Assembly: GCA_964016885.1 (NCBI GenBank)
Contig: OZ024752.1
Coordinates: 49,476,001-49,540,000 of the forward strand
Direction: 5' to 3'
DNA: 64,000 bases
From: Eledone cirrhosa
Taxonomy: Eukaryota
A program made the position numbers and the translations under genes. The notes beneath the pieces were generated by a model. The model saw nothing but the letters and a program-made list of their open reading frames with translations, was not told the DNA's origin and made no database searches. This document shows, in pieces, positions 41,011 to 55,820 of the stretch. Position 1 is the stretch's first letter. The number at the start of each line of letters is the position of its first letter.

Positions 41011-42260
41011 AAATAAAGAAGCCAATTAAATTAATGACCATATTTCTAATGAGATACACTGTATTTTAATTAATTAGTGAAGAATTTTGAGGGATTTAGT
41101 AAAAGTATTAGTTGCTTTAATATTAAGACAGTATTTGTAAAATAACTTAACAAAAGATTCTAATATAAAATTATGTTGGAAGGTTTTAATTTAAATAGGA
41201 ACTCTTAGAAATAGAGGTGGCTTTAGGCTGGTTGGTTTGTTAGTATCAAGCATGTTAAAACTCTCCTCTATGGAAGTTATTATTAGTTGAGTCTATAACA
41301 TACTATACTGGCTGTTAGTCAAACCTTAGTATTTTATTTTATGTTTTATTAACAATAAGCTATGTTTAACCTGTTTGCTACTAACCTGACCAAAACTGGC
41401 TCTTGTTCTACGAAACAAAACCATCCATTTTAAAAAGGTTCCTATTAGAATTAAAATGTTGCAATGTAATTTTATATAAGAACCATATGTTAAGTTACTA
41501 TCTTGGTAATGAAATAACTAGTAATTTTTGTAAGTCATTCAAAATTCGTCATTAATTAGTTGCAATAATGCATTTTATTAGAGCTAGGATCATGAAAAGG
41601 TTAATAAATGAAGTTAGTTATTAGAATTTGCTAGGTTTGCGATCATATTTGTCAGCATAAATTGGACAGGGATGAAAGACTAAAATGTGTCACGTTAATA
41701 CAATAGAGAGTTATGTTATGTTGGATATATTTCTGAAAAAGAATTGATATTTTAGATGCAGCAGAAAATAAATAAAGTCGAGAAGTCTGATTTGGAATAG
41801 TCAGCACTGCCTGGACATTTTGTCTTCACCCCAAGCAAGAGAATAGAGCCATTAAAATGTAAGGAAAAGGATAAGGCAGAGAGAACATAATGATTGATGT
41901 TGTTTATGAATTTTTGTAAATTATAATGGTTAGAAAAGCTAGAAAATAATTCCATAGGCAAGATATGCAAGGAAAGAAAATATCAGAAAAAAAATTACAA
42001 TTATTTCAACTATTAAATGATGAAATCTAGTTGCAAATCTGGTACATGTTTCTATTGATGGCATATGTTTAAATTCATGAAGATGAGGTGATAAAGAGAA
42101 AAGCTCTATAATCGTAATAATGATGAAAATTATTGTGTACAGAGCTCATGTGCACTACAACTCATCAAAGGTACATTTATAGTACATAGAATCTATAGTA
42201 CATATAAATGTCAGGAAATTGACTATATATGTAACCTCCATATATTTCATTATATATTAA

Positions 42261-42486
42261 CCCTTTAGCATTTAAACCGACCATATCCAGCCAGAATTCT
42301 CTCACCTTTTTCTGTTCAAACTGGCACTGTAACCGACCACTCATACTGATGTTAGGGTATTGTTCTCAAAATAAATAATACTAAAATCTCTCATAGATTC
42401 GATATTACATGAGATAACTATGTGAGATAAAGTCTTTACCATAAAAATACAAGAGTATATGTAGAGTAATGTAAAATGCTAAAGGG
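42261..42486. mobile_element. piggyBac-type MITE (family M1), ~225 bp
   Basis: TTAA|CCCTTTAGCATTT ... AAATGCTAAAGGG|TTAA: terminal inverted repeats with TTAA on both sides. Confidence 0.85.
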
Positions 42487-42636
42487 TTAAAGAATAGATT
42501 TAGATTCATGTGATTTTAAAATATTTTCGTTTCTGGTTTTTAGGTTTCAACAGGTAACCCCCCCCCCCCCAGCTCCAGACAACAAGTTGCCCCTTTTAAA
42601 ATTATAATAAGTCCTTGTCATTATAATCACCATTAT

Positions 42637-42833
42637 TAAGGGCGGTTGATTGACAGTATCGGTAGAGGGTTGGACGCCATGCTTTGCAGCAAAATGTTAC
42701 GTCCCTTTACGGTCTGAGTTCAAATCCCGCCGAGGTTAACTTTGCCTTTCATCCTTACGGGGGTCAATAAAATAAAGTAAAGTACCAGTAATACACTGGT
42801 ATAATTGCTGGCCTTGTGCCAAACGTAGAAACA
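42637..42833 (+). mobile_element. tRNA-derived SINE (family S1), full length, with 17-bp TSD
   Basis: Head GGGCGGTTGATTGACAGTATCGG (A-box-like), B-box GAGTTCAAATCC, core GCCTTTCATCCTTACGGGGGTCAATAAAATAAAG..TACCAG; direct repeat ATTATAATCACCATTAT at 42620-36 and 42834-50. Confidence 0.88.
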
Positions 42834-43265
42834 ATTATAATCACCATTATCCTCATCATCATTTTAATAATGATAATGAAATTATTGTGTAAAGTGCTCA
42901 GGTGCACTACAACTCATCAATGGTGTATGTATAGTACATAAGATCATTTCTGTGTTGCTAGCAAAACTGAGACATGTAATCCTTAAATACCATCATAAAG
43001 AATTCATTTGCTGAGACCAAAGTTCATAGATTTTCCCTAAATGCTTCTTCAAATATCTTTCTTAGTCTAATCCTTTAATATAGACATCTACAATATATAT
43101 ACAACACTGGATACCTTTCTAGTCTGCCTGAGAGGGAGTTTTTAGTATATCTACTACATGGGATTTGAATGCATGTATTTATACATACATACATATATGC
43201 ATATATATGTGTGTGTATATATATATATGTATATAAATATATAGATATACATACATATATGCATG

Positions 43266-43322
<57 letters not shown>

Positions 43323-43386
43323 CATATATGCATGTATATATATATATTATGTATATATATACATACATATATGCATGTATATATAT

Positions 43387-43418
<32 letters not shown>

Positions 43419-43647
43419 CATACATATATGCATGTATATATATATATTATGTATATATATACATACATATATGCATGTATATATATATATACATACATAT
43501 ATGCATGTATATATATATATACATACATATATGCATATATATATATATTATACATATATTTATATTATATAGATATACATAGATATATGCATGTATATAT
43601 ATATATATGCATATATAAAATATATATATATATATATATGCATATAT

Positions 43648-43687
<40 letters not shown>

Positions 43688-44301
43688 TTTTAATATAGAA
43701 GAGCTTTTACAGGACTAGAACTGTTTCATTCGTGAGAAATTATATACATACATATATATATATATATATATACATAAAATATATATACATACATATATGC
43801 ATATATATATGTGTGTGTGTGTGTGTATACATGTATGTGTGTGTGTATACATACATGTATGTGTGTGTGTGTGTGTGTGTATACATGTATATGTGTATGT
43901 GTATACATACATGTATGTGTGTGTGTGTGTATACATGTATATGTGTATGTGTATATATATATATGTGTGTCTCCTTCTGAAACACATACATAATTGTATT
44001 AGCACCTAACTCATTACTCATACCACATTTCAAAGATCATTTCTAGCTTTCTCACCACACACACACACACTTATACACACACTTACACACACTTACACAC
44101 ACACTTATACACACACACACACACAGAGCTTCAATGTAGGATTACCTCTACTACTTATCTCGACCAGCTAGGTGATTATATCCCCTGATTTCACTCCATT
44201 AGAATCATTATGGTAAACTCCACACAAACAAAATGGAGATCTGTTTCCTACTATTAATACCATCATAATATTTATGACCCAATAAACACTCCATTATTGG
44301 A

Positions 44302-44487
44302 TGCGGTGGATTGGCAGTATCGGTAGAGGGTCGGACACCATGCTTTGACGTATAGAGTTACGGCCCTTGCCATTCTGAGTTCAAATCCCGCCGAGGTTAA
44401 CTTTGCCTTTCATCCTTACGGGGTCGATAAAATAAAGTACCAGTAATGTACTGGGTAATTGCTGGCCTTGTGCCTAAAGTAGAAACA
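44302..44487 (+). mobile_element. tRNA-derived SINE (family S1)
   Basis: GCGGTGGATTGGCAGTATCGG...GAGTTCAAATCC...AAAGTAGAAAC. Confidence 0.85.
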
Positions 44488-44971
44488 ATTATTTTATATT
44501 GTCTATCTACCTATCTACCTTTCTATTCATCTCTGTATCTATCTGTCTCTTTGTATATGTGTATGTATATAATATATATGTGTATACATTTATATATATA
44601 TATGTATGTGTGTGTGTGTGTGTATATATATATATACACACACACATATATATACATACACATATATATATATAAATATATATACATACACATATATATA
44701 TATACATACACATATATATATATACATACACATATATATATACATACACATATATATATATATATACATACACATATATATATATATATATACATACACA
44801 TATATATATATACATACACATATATATATATACATACACATATATATATATATATATACATACACACATACATGTATATATATATAAGTAGATATTTATA
44901 TATGTATATATATACGTATATATATATGTGTATATATATATATACACACACATACATATATATATAAGTAG

Positions 44972-45016
<45 letters not shown>

Positions 45017-45043
45017 CTTACATATATATATATATATAAGTAG

Positions 45044-45074
<31 letters not shown>

Positions 45075-45126
45075 TATACACACACATACATATATATATA
45101 TAAGTAGATATATATATATGTATATT

Positions 45127-45159
<33 letters not shown>

Positions 45160-45593
45160 TCATATATACATATATATACACACACATATATATATATGTA
45201 TGTATTTGCTTCAATTGTATACTTCACCTCAAAGCACCCTTTAGTAAATTGAAAATGATACAGAAGATTATTAAAGCCTAAGTCATATCATACTTATGAT
45301 AGAAAGGATTTGGCCAAGGGACCTAATCAATGGTGGACAAATGACTACCGCCATATTGCTTCAATCTAAGGACAAGTGGGCAGACAAATAGACAGACTGT
45401 TAGATATATATGCACGTGCATGTATATATGCATATATATATGTGTGTAAATATATATATATATATATATGTATATATAAATATATATATATATATAGATA
45501 CATACGCACATGCATGTGTATATATATATAGATACATACGCACATGCATGTGTATATATATATAGATACATATACATATTTATACACACATAC

Positions 45594-45626
<33 letters not shown>

Positions 45627-45794
45627 CACGCACATACATATTTATATATATATATATACACACATACATATTTATATATGTATATATATATATACACACA
45701 TACATATTTATATATGTATATATATATATATATACAGACACATACATATTTATATATGTATATTTATATATACACACACATACATATTTATATA

Positions 45795-45840
<46 letters not shown>

Positions 45841-45843
45841 TAT

Positions 45844-45886
<43 letters not shown>

Positions 45887-45913
45887 TATACACACACATA
45901 CATATATATATAT

Positions 45914-46036
45914 TGAGGACCGAATAAGTTAGATCGCAGATATAAAAGACAGCGAGAAGCCAAAACCAACCAAACAGTGAGTGTGTTCTGTTATTAATTC
46001 TGGCAATATTACGCAAATATGACCCTCCCCAAATAT

Positions 46037-46042
<6 letters not shown>
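45914..46042 (+). mobile_element. 3' fragment of family C element in (TA)n
   Basis: Near-identical to 30414-30543. Confidence 0.55.
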
Positions 46043-46087
<45 letters not shown>

Positions 46088-46489
46088 TATATAAATACAC
46101 ACATACATATACATACATATGTATATATATATATACAGGCGCACATACACATATATATATGAGCTTTTCGAATATTAATAATAATATTCGATTCGTTTGC
46201 AATTATACAAACAGTCCCTTTGAAATAAAATAATAACCATAATATATATATATATCTATATATATATTATGGTTATTATTTTATTTATCTCTTTGTATTT
46301 TTCTCTGCTACATATACAGCTACCCAAGCAATTACCATTGACATGAAATTCAGTTTATACTGGAAATACCAGTTTTCCATGTTATGTTCTTATTCAAAGC
46401 TGCACGAAGCTTTCTGGTTGATTCTTATGCTTGTGGCAGTTACTATATATATATACGATTATATATAATCCCTATCAACCCCTCTTCGG

Positions 46490-46520
<31 letters not shown>

Positions 46521-46613
46521 TATATATAGTGAAAAATGGAACGGGAACAAAACAGAGAGCCAGTACGAACAAAGGTTTATTAGTTTCACGCTCTTGAGAG
46601 TGGGGGGGGGGGG

Positions 46614-46639
46614 CGTTTCGGGCATAAGCCCTTCTTCAG
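46614..46639 (-). ncRNA. Partial hammerhead core
   Basis: Reverse complement: CTGAAGA A GGGC-TTAT-GCCC GAAA CG; stem I not retained (abuts (TA)n). Confidence 0.45.
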
Positions 46640-46864
46640 ATATATATATATATATATAATTGTATATTTATATATTCTTGTTTCAACACATGTTTTCAGA
46701 TAAGAAATCTTGCAAATCAAATTCAAAAACGAAATATATATATATATATATATATATATAAACACTAATAGAAACATACTTTCCTTGGTCTGATCTAAAA
46801 TATATATAAATGGCTGTTTTTTTCATTTGCTTTTTTTTTTTAATCTTTCAGTTGGAGTTTTGCA

Positions 46865-46902
<38 letters not shown>

Positions 46903-46909
46903 TATGAGT

Positions 46910-46966
<57 letters not shown>

Positions 46967-47010
46967 CCTTATCGAGGCCCTCTTCGGAATTTATTCTTCA
47001 CATTTATCAT

Positions 47011-47048
<38 letters not shown>

Positions 47049-47050
<2 letters not shown>

Positions 47051-47102
47051 TGAATAAACTTAATGAAAATTTGACACCTTGTCCATATATATTACAAATG
47101 TT

Positions 47103-47157
<55 letters not shown>

Positions 47158-47357
47158 ATATATATGTATATATGTATATGTATATATGTATATATGTATA
47201 TATTGTAAGCAAATAAATGACTTAAACTGAACTTTGATTACTGTAATCTCTATAATCTCTATATATATATATGTATATATGTATATATGTATATATATAT
47301 ATGTATATATATATTTGTATATATATATTTGTATATATATATATGTATATATATATG

Positions 47358-47413
<56 letters not shown>

Positions 47414-47467
47414 AACATTTGTAATATATATGGACAAGGTGTCAAATTTTCATTAAGTTTATTCAGG
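47049..47467. repeat. Long inverted repeat (>60-bp unique arms) around a microsatellite-rich spacer
   Basis: CCTGAATAAACTTAATGAAAATTTGACACCTTGTCCATATATATTACAAATGTTTACATAC and its exact reverse complement at ~47406-47467. Confidence 0.88.
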
Positions 47468-48212
47468 TGTGACGTGTGTTCCGCTATTGATCAGCTCAAG
47501 GTTTAACCTCTATCGATCTGACCTCTGTTTGCTTAATGTTATATATATACAAATATATATATAAATATATATTTTTTTATATATATATATATAAATATAT
47601 ATATAAATATATATATTTTTATATATATATATATATAAATATATATATTTTTATATACAAATATATATATAAATATATATATTTTTATATATATTTTTAT
47701 ATACAAATATATATATAAATATATATATTTTTATATATATTTTTATATACAAATATATATATAAATATATATATTTATATATATAAATATATACATATAT
47801 TTATTTATATATATAAATATATACATATATTTATATATATATATTAATAATCCTGGTATGTTTATATATATTTATTTCTTCTAACTTTAATTTTATACCT
47901 AATTGTGTATGGTTGACATATATTTAATCGATTTCCACGTGCTATTGAAATGCTGGGTAAATATTCTATAGCTGTTGATCGCGAATAGATGGCTGTTGTT
48001 TATTTATCTATTATTTCTTTATAGGTGCCTTTTAATCTTATAGCCTGGTTTAATTAGTTTTGTGTGTGGTTGATTATGCTAATTGGGAGAGGAAATGGTG
48101 TATATATCTTCTCAAATGATTCTATGGACATAATTTATAGTATATATAAATATATATATTTTTATATATATATATATAAATATATATATTTAAATATATA
48201 TATATATAAATA

Positions 48213-48475
48213 TACAATATTAAATAAATGGAAAACTATATTTATAAAACCATATTTATTTCATTATATATATTTCGGGGATATCATATTAACAATATGC
48301 TATGCCTTCATCAGACAAAATACAATATAAACAGTTTTATAGATAAATATATTCGACATACCGTAATAAACATCAACTTCATTTGAAGAGGTTCACTCTA
48401 GCAGTCGAGTGCTTTTATATCAGTTATAAATATTTACTAGTTGTAACCCAACAATTTTAAATATAACTTTACATG
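48213..48475. mobile_element. Penelope-like element end (family A) with internal inversion
   Basis: The hammerhead-bearing part lies on the - strand (48213-48360) and is joined to the terminal GAGTGCTTTTATATCAG part on the + strand (~48405-48470); flanked by TA-rich repeats. Confidence 0.55.
48257..48322 (-). ncRNA. Minimal type-I hammerhead ribozyme (family A variant)
   Basis: Reverse complement: TATTTTGT CTGATGA AGGCATAGCATATTGTTAATATGATATCCCC GAAA TATATATA ATGAAATA. Confidence 0.75.
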
Positions 48476-48517
48476 TATATATAAATATATATATTTATAT
48501 ATATAAATATATATATT

Positions 48518-48563
<46 letters not shown>

Positions 48564-48761
48564 TATACATATATATATATATTTATATTTATATATATAT
48601 ATATAAATATATATATTTATATATATATATATATTTATATATATTTATATTTATATATATATATAAATATATATATTTATATATATAAATATAAACATAT
48701 ATATTTATATATATAAATATTAATATATATATAAATATATATATTTATATATATATATATT

Positions 48762-48812
<51 letters not shown>

Positions 48813-49342
48813 CGCTGGTACATGTATTTTTTCTATAATATATTTTCCTGTTTGAAAGCAAATTAAACAATATACTGAAATTAAACGCTAGATTTTTGTT
48901 TTTGTTTACAGGGTTGCTCTTCGGGCCTCCAACTAACATATCACCCCACACCCCCACCATTCTATCCAACCATTTCCTTCTCTTTTATTTATTTATTTAT
49001 TTATTTATTTATTCCCAACCTGCAGTTGTGAACAATAACCTCCTCATCATCTCTATGACTGGTGATGTTAGAGAGAGCAAGCAAGAGAGAGCGAGGGAGA
49101 GCAAGCAAGAGAGAGCGAGGGAGAGCAAGCAAGAGAGAGCGAGGGAGAGCAAGCAAGAGAGAGCGAGAGAGAGAGCGAGCAAGAAAAAGCCAAGTCCCAA
49201 ACCAAGGGACCACACATTGTTCACTGTATAACCATTTTTTTTTTTTTTAAACTCTTTTAATGCTTTTTTTTTTCTTTTTTCCTTTTGAACCCTTTTATCT
49301 TCGTCGTCATCTTCTACGTGTCGATGCTTAGTTCTGATAACG

Positions 49343-49373
<31 letters not shown>

Positions 49374-49710
49374 TAATGAAAATAATGGTTTCATTTATTG
49401 GCCACAACTGCCGACATAATAATAATAATAATCATAAAAATAATGGTAATAATGAAAATGATAATAATGGTAATAATGAAGAATATGTTAACTCTTTCTT
49501 ATTTCTTCTACACACTGTGAATGGTGAACTGAAAATTATGAGATATTTTACAAATGCTGATTGTTGAATTTTCTTCCACTTTCAGGAAAATTGCAAGCTT
49601 CTCTCCTGACCAAGAATCTGGCTCGTCTTTCATGTAAGAACATTTTTATTGTTCTGTCAGCTTTAATGTTTGAACAAAAGGTACTCCCTTGGTCAGCATG
49701 GATGTTACTA

Positions 49711-49752
<42 letters not shown>

Positions 49753-49754
<2 letters not shown>

Positions 49755-49957
49755 TGTTTCTACTTTTGGCAACAAGGCCAGCAATTATCCCCAGTGCATT
49801 ACTGGTACTTTATTTTATCGATCCCCTCCCCCGTAAGGATGAAAGGCAAAGTTAAACCTCGGCGGGATTTATTTGAACTCAGACCGTAAGGGGCCGTAAC
49901 TCTATGCTGCAAAGCATGGCGTCTGACCCTCTACCGATACTACCAATCCACCGCCCT
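49753..49957 (-). mobile_element. tRNA-derived SINE (family S1) within (AAT)n
   Basis: Reverse complement of family S1. Confidence 0.85.
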
Positions 49958-50388
49958 AATAATAATAATAGTAATACTAATGATTTCATTTATTGGCCAC
50001 GTGGGCAATACAAAGTAATATTAGTATTATATTAATATAATATTAATATAATACTAATATTAATATAATATTAATATAATCCTAACATGATATTAATATA
50101 ATATTAATATAATACTAACATGATATTAATATAATATTAATATAATACTAATATAATACTAATAATAATTATTATTTCTTTATTGGCCACAAGGACATAC
50201 ATATAGGGGACAACAATAATAATAGGGATAATAATAGTAATAGTATTAGTAATGGTTTCTTTATTTGTCACTCAGGGTTAACATTAAGCAAACAATAGTT
50301 ACAGTACAGGATGATACAGTGAGGGCTTTTGTGTTTAAATAAGGTTGAAAAACGAAAACTTAAAAAATAAACATTTAAAAATAATATT

Positions 50389-50562
50389 CAGTAAAATTCC
50401 GTTATAACGAAATTCATGGGGTATAAAATAAATTTGTTGTAACGAAAAATTCTTTATAACGAGATTGACCTAACACATCAAGTGTGTGGGCGGGGATTGA
50501 ACAAATTTCGTTATACTGAAAAATTTGTTATAATGGAATTTGTTATAACGGAATTTTACCTG
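50389..50562. mobile_element. Tc1/mariner (pogo/Tigger-type) MITE
   Basis: TIRs CAGTAAAATTCCGTTATAACGAAATTC / GAATTTGTTATAACGGAATTTTACCTG; repeated GTTATAAC motifs; TA TSD not intact. Confidence 0.7.
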
Positions 50563-51423
50563 TGTATATATATAATAATAAGGTTTGTGCTGTTAATAAT
50601 TACATTGGGTTTAAGAGAAGCAGGTTTTCATATAGGTGGTGGTGGTGGTGGTGGTGGTGTACTGGTGAAAGTGGCATTGAAGGTGGTGGTGGTGGTGGTG
50701 GTGGTATTCATAGCTGTGAAGAAAGAAATGGTGGTGGTGGTGGTGGTGAGGAGGAGTACTGGTGACAAGTGGCATTGAAGGTGGTGGTGGTGGTTGTCGT
50801 TGTGGTCTTGGTGGTGGTGGTTAATGGTGGTGACAGTGGCAAGGCAACGCAGGGGAAGAAGAAGAAGAAGATTGCAGTATGTGTGTGTGTGTGCGTGGAT
50901 TTATTGGTTTGGCGTTGATGGTTATGATGGCGGGTGGAGCGAGGTGGAAATCGGAATGGTGTCATGGGTGATTTTGGTGCTTGTACTGATGGGTAAATGG
51001 CAATAATGGGAAAGTTGACAGCGGTGACAATATTGGTGTTGGTGGTGGAGGTGAAGGTGATGGTCATAATAACAACAATAATAATGAAGATGATGATGAT
51101 GTCGATGACTTAAAATTTGCGCCAGCAGATTCTTTTGAAGAAGGTGGTCTCGGTGGTAGTTGCAGTATGATCTGATATAGGTGCAGGCTTTGGTTGTGAT
51201 TGGAGGGATTATTTAAGGGCTGGTGGGCAGACAGAGTGTCCGGCTGGCTGGCTGGTTGATTGTCCGGCTGGCTGGCTGGTTGATTGTCCGGCTGGCTGGC
51301 TGAGAGAGTAATGAATAATGATGGTGTTATGATGGTTGTTTGTGATGATGGTTAAATTCCCCAACACCCCACCACACTGATATGTGTATATATATACATA
51401 TGTATATATGTGTATATATATAC

Positions 51424-51460
<37 letters not shown>

Positions 51461-51567
51461 CATATATATATGTATATAGGTGTATATATGTATATATGTA
51501 TATATATATACATATGTATATATGTGTGTATATATACATGTGTATATATGTGTATATACATATTTAC

Positions 51568-51638
<71 letters not shown>

Positions 51639-52062
51639 CATACATAAAACATAAAGAAGAGTCGTACACACATACATACACACACGCACATACACACACA
51701 CGCACATACACACACACGCACATACACACACACATACACACACACATACACACATATATACACACACACAGAGAATAAAAATAAAATTCTAAAAAAATTT
51801 TTTTAAAGAAAGCAAAAAAAAAAAAAAAATAAGAGGAAAGTTACTGCTTTTGGTGCGGCATGGAGATTGCTTTTTGTTATCATTAAAGCTGACGTTTCCG
51901 TTAATGGTTTCTTACATGAAAGATTGGCCAACAGTTCACGTAGTTGTTGTGTCAGGGGCCGTGTGTCCACGACACACGCTGTCGGTCGTCGTGGTGATAG
52001 GCAGCAGCAGACACAACAAGAGAGGGGGACTGGAAGTACTTTCGTTCATTTTATTATTATTA

Positions 52063-52131
<69 letters not shown>

Positions 52132-52427
52132 TTTTTTAAGTTTTGGTGGTGGTGGTGGAAGAGGAGCAGGTGGAGGTGGAGTTAGTTTTCTTATTTAAGT
52201 AAAAAAAAAAAAAAATGTGTATGTGTATGTAGACACATATATATATGTATTTATATATGTGTATATATATATATATATGTATGTATGTATATATATATAT
52301 TTATACAAATATATATATATTCATATATATTTATTTATATATATATTTATATTTATATATTTATTTATATATATATTTATTTATATATATATTTATATTT
52401 ATATATATATATTTATATATTTATATT

Positions 52428-52458
<31 letters not shown>

Positions 52459-53108
52459 ATATATATTTATATATTTATATTTATATATATATATTTATAT
52501 ATTTATATTTATATATATATATTTATATATATATATATATATATGATGTATATACACATGAAATAAACAGAAATTTTAGTAAAATTAATTAATAAAATAC
52601 ATTAACAGAATCCAACAAATTTAAAGAATAAAGACAGTCACTCTTTTGTTGCTAAGTTAGAGATGGTGCAAAGAAAAAAAAGGATATAAATAAGTCTTAA
52701 AAAAAAATATATATATATATATATAAAAAAAATAAAATGTAAAATGTTTTAAATAAAATTTCAAAAAAAAAAAAAATACATAACAAAAAAAAACATTATC
52801 TTTAAAACTTCTCTCCCCCCTCATCTTCCCCCCCTGTTTTGAATCTTCTAAAATTTAGGCAATAGTTGAGGGTGGGAAAATTGTCATAGAAAGAAAAGGG
52901 TTTATTGGTAGTGATGGTGGTGGTAATACTAGGGGTAGTTATGATAGTAGTAGTAGTAGTGGTAGTGGAAGTAGTATTTGTGGTGGTGGTAGTAGATGTG
53001 ATGGAGGAGGTGGTTATGAAATTCATGTTGATGGTGGTTTTTCTGCACCTGTTGTCCAATTTCTTTTTGTTCAATCAATTTATATGATTTTAAAACTATA
53101 GATGCATC

Positions 53109-53141
<33 letters not shown>

Positions 53142-53465
53142 ATATACGTATATATATATATGAATATATGTATATACATATATACGTATATATATATATA
53201 TATATATATGAATATATGTATATACGTATATATATATGAATATATATATGTATATATATATATTTATACATGCATCTTTCAGGTTTATCTTTTTACCTGT
53301 TATCTCAACTTGAGAATTGGGGGGCGAGGGGGAGAGAGAGAGAGAGAGAGTAACCCAGTACAAATGAAAATATTTTGAAGATAATCAACTTCATCAACAC
53401 CATCATTAGGGCCAAATTATAGGCAATTTTTTAATTATTTAGTATATACATATATATATATATAT

Positions 53466-53616
53466 ATTTATTAAAATAACAGATTAAAGTTTAAGCAAAG
53501 AATCGCTGCTTTCACACTTAACGGGATCTTCTGAAACTCTTGAGTTTCAGAAGATCCCGTTAAGGGTGAAAGCAGCGATTCTTTGCTTAAACTTTAATCT
53601 ATTATTTTATTAAATA
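53466..53616. repeat. ~73-bp-arm near-perfect palindrome
   Basis: ...AAGCAAAGAATCGCTGCTTTCACACTTAACGGGATCTTCTGAAACTC-TT-GAGTTTCAGAAGATCCCGTTAAGGGTGAAAGCAGCGATTCTTTGCTT... Confidence 0.9.
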
Positions 53617-54798
53617 TTTGCTCTACGGTTCTTATATATTTGATATATATTTATCCTTATCGAGCCCTCTTTGGATTTAGTCTTCAAATTTATTATTATT
53701 ACTATATATATATATATATATATGAAAACAGGGAGAAAGAGACGGTTATTAGGAAGAAAAATATATTTAATATATTAATATATTTCATAAAATACAATAT
53801 ATAGAGGGGAAAGACACAGGAGGGTGTGTTTTTTATTACAGGAAATTGTAATGAAAAACACACTCTCCTGTGTCTTTCCCCTCTATATATTGTATTTTAA
53901 AGTGCCCAGGAAAACTATTTCCTTTGAGCTCATTTAATTACAGGATTATACGCGAGTCCTTTGCTCCGTTATTTTTACTTTATATATATATATATATATA
54001 CAAATATATATATATATATTGCTCTAGGGTTCTTATATATTTGATATATATTATTATCCTTATCGAGCCCTCTTTGGATTTTAGTCTTCACATTTATTAT
54101 TATTACTATATATATATATATATATATGAATAAAAATAGACTGAGAAACAAGAATGTCCTTCATCAGTAGCCTGCTGATTATCATTGGTATTTCTTCGCA
54201 TTAAAGACTAGATACCTAAAATCAGTGCGAGCGATAACTAAATTAAGTTATCGGGACAGAGGAAAAGAGAGGAAAGGAATATTTATATATATATATAAAT
54301 CCGGATAGAACCAGTTTGATACTAGTTAGACCATTATTCAACAGAGAATTCAATACTTGGGGTAGTAGAGTATGGTTATATTATAAAGATTCGGAACCAC
54401 AACGGCTGAGCTCTTGCCATTTCAACAGTTAGTCCAGTCTGGAACCAGCTGTTGAAATAGCAAGAGCTCAGCCGTCGGGGTCCTGACTCTTTATAATATA
54501 TATAAATATATATATATTTGTATGTTATTTAGGACGAGAGTCAACAATAAGTGGACAATGGGTTTTAGACATTTTCGAAATTTTATATGTAATATAGGGT
54601 ATAAAATGCATGTGGGTGGGCCATAAATAAAGTTAAAACTAAAAACAATTATGTAAAGTGGACCCTAACAAAATCTAGTTGCTGATCCTTAGTTTTAGGG
54701 AAAAATTGAAATAAATTCTGTTTGCGCTCTGTTATGTATTCATATCTTTTTCAAATCACTCACTGAATGGTAGAAATAACTCCTCTTCCACCAACCCA

Positions 54799-54848
<50 letters not shown>

Positions 54849-55022
54849 TAGATATGTATATGTATATAGATACATACATATATATATATATGTATGTATA
54901 TATATTTATATGTTTATACATATATATATATGTATATTTATATATATATGTATGTATATATATATATATATATGTTTATACATATATATATATGTATTTA
55001 TATATATATATATATATATGTA

Positions 55023-55053
<31 letters not shown>

Positions 55054-55329
55054 GTTTATACATATATATGTATGTATTTATATATATATATATGTATATG
55101 TATACATATGTATACATATATATATATGTATATGTATACATATATATATATGTATATGTATACATATGTATACATATATATATATGTATATATATATTTA
55201 TACATATGTATATATATATATATGTATACATATATATATATGTATATATATATATATTTATACATATGTATACATATATATATATGTATGTATGTATTTA
55301 TATATATATATGTATATTTATACATATGT

Positions 55330-55381
<52 letters not shown>

Positions 55382-55765
55382 GTATACATATATATATATA
55401 TGTATACATATATATATATATATATATATGTATACATATATATATATATATATATATATTTATACATATGTATACATATATATATATATGTGTGTGTATA
55501 CATATATATATATATATATATTTATATTTATACATATGTATACATATATATATATATGTGTGTTTATATATATATATATATATATATTTATACATATGTA
55601 TACATATATATATATATGTGTGTTTATATATATATATATTTATATATTTATACATATGTATACATATATATATATGTGTGTGTGTATATATATATATATA
55701 TACACATATATATATATATATATATATACATTTATACATATTTATACATATATACATATAATATG

Positions 55766-55820
<55 letters not shown>

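Noticed and set aside
54140-54170. CTGATGAAGGACA (- strand) as a hammerhead
   Set aside because: No GAAA after the putative stem II
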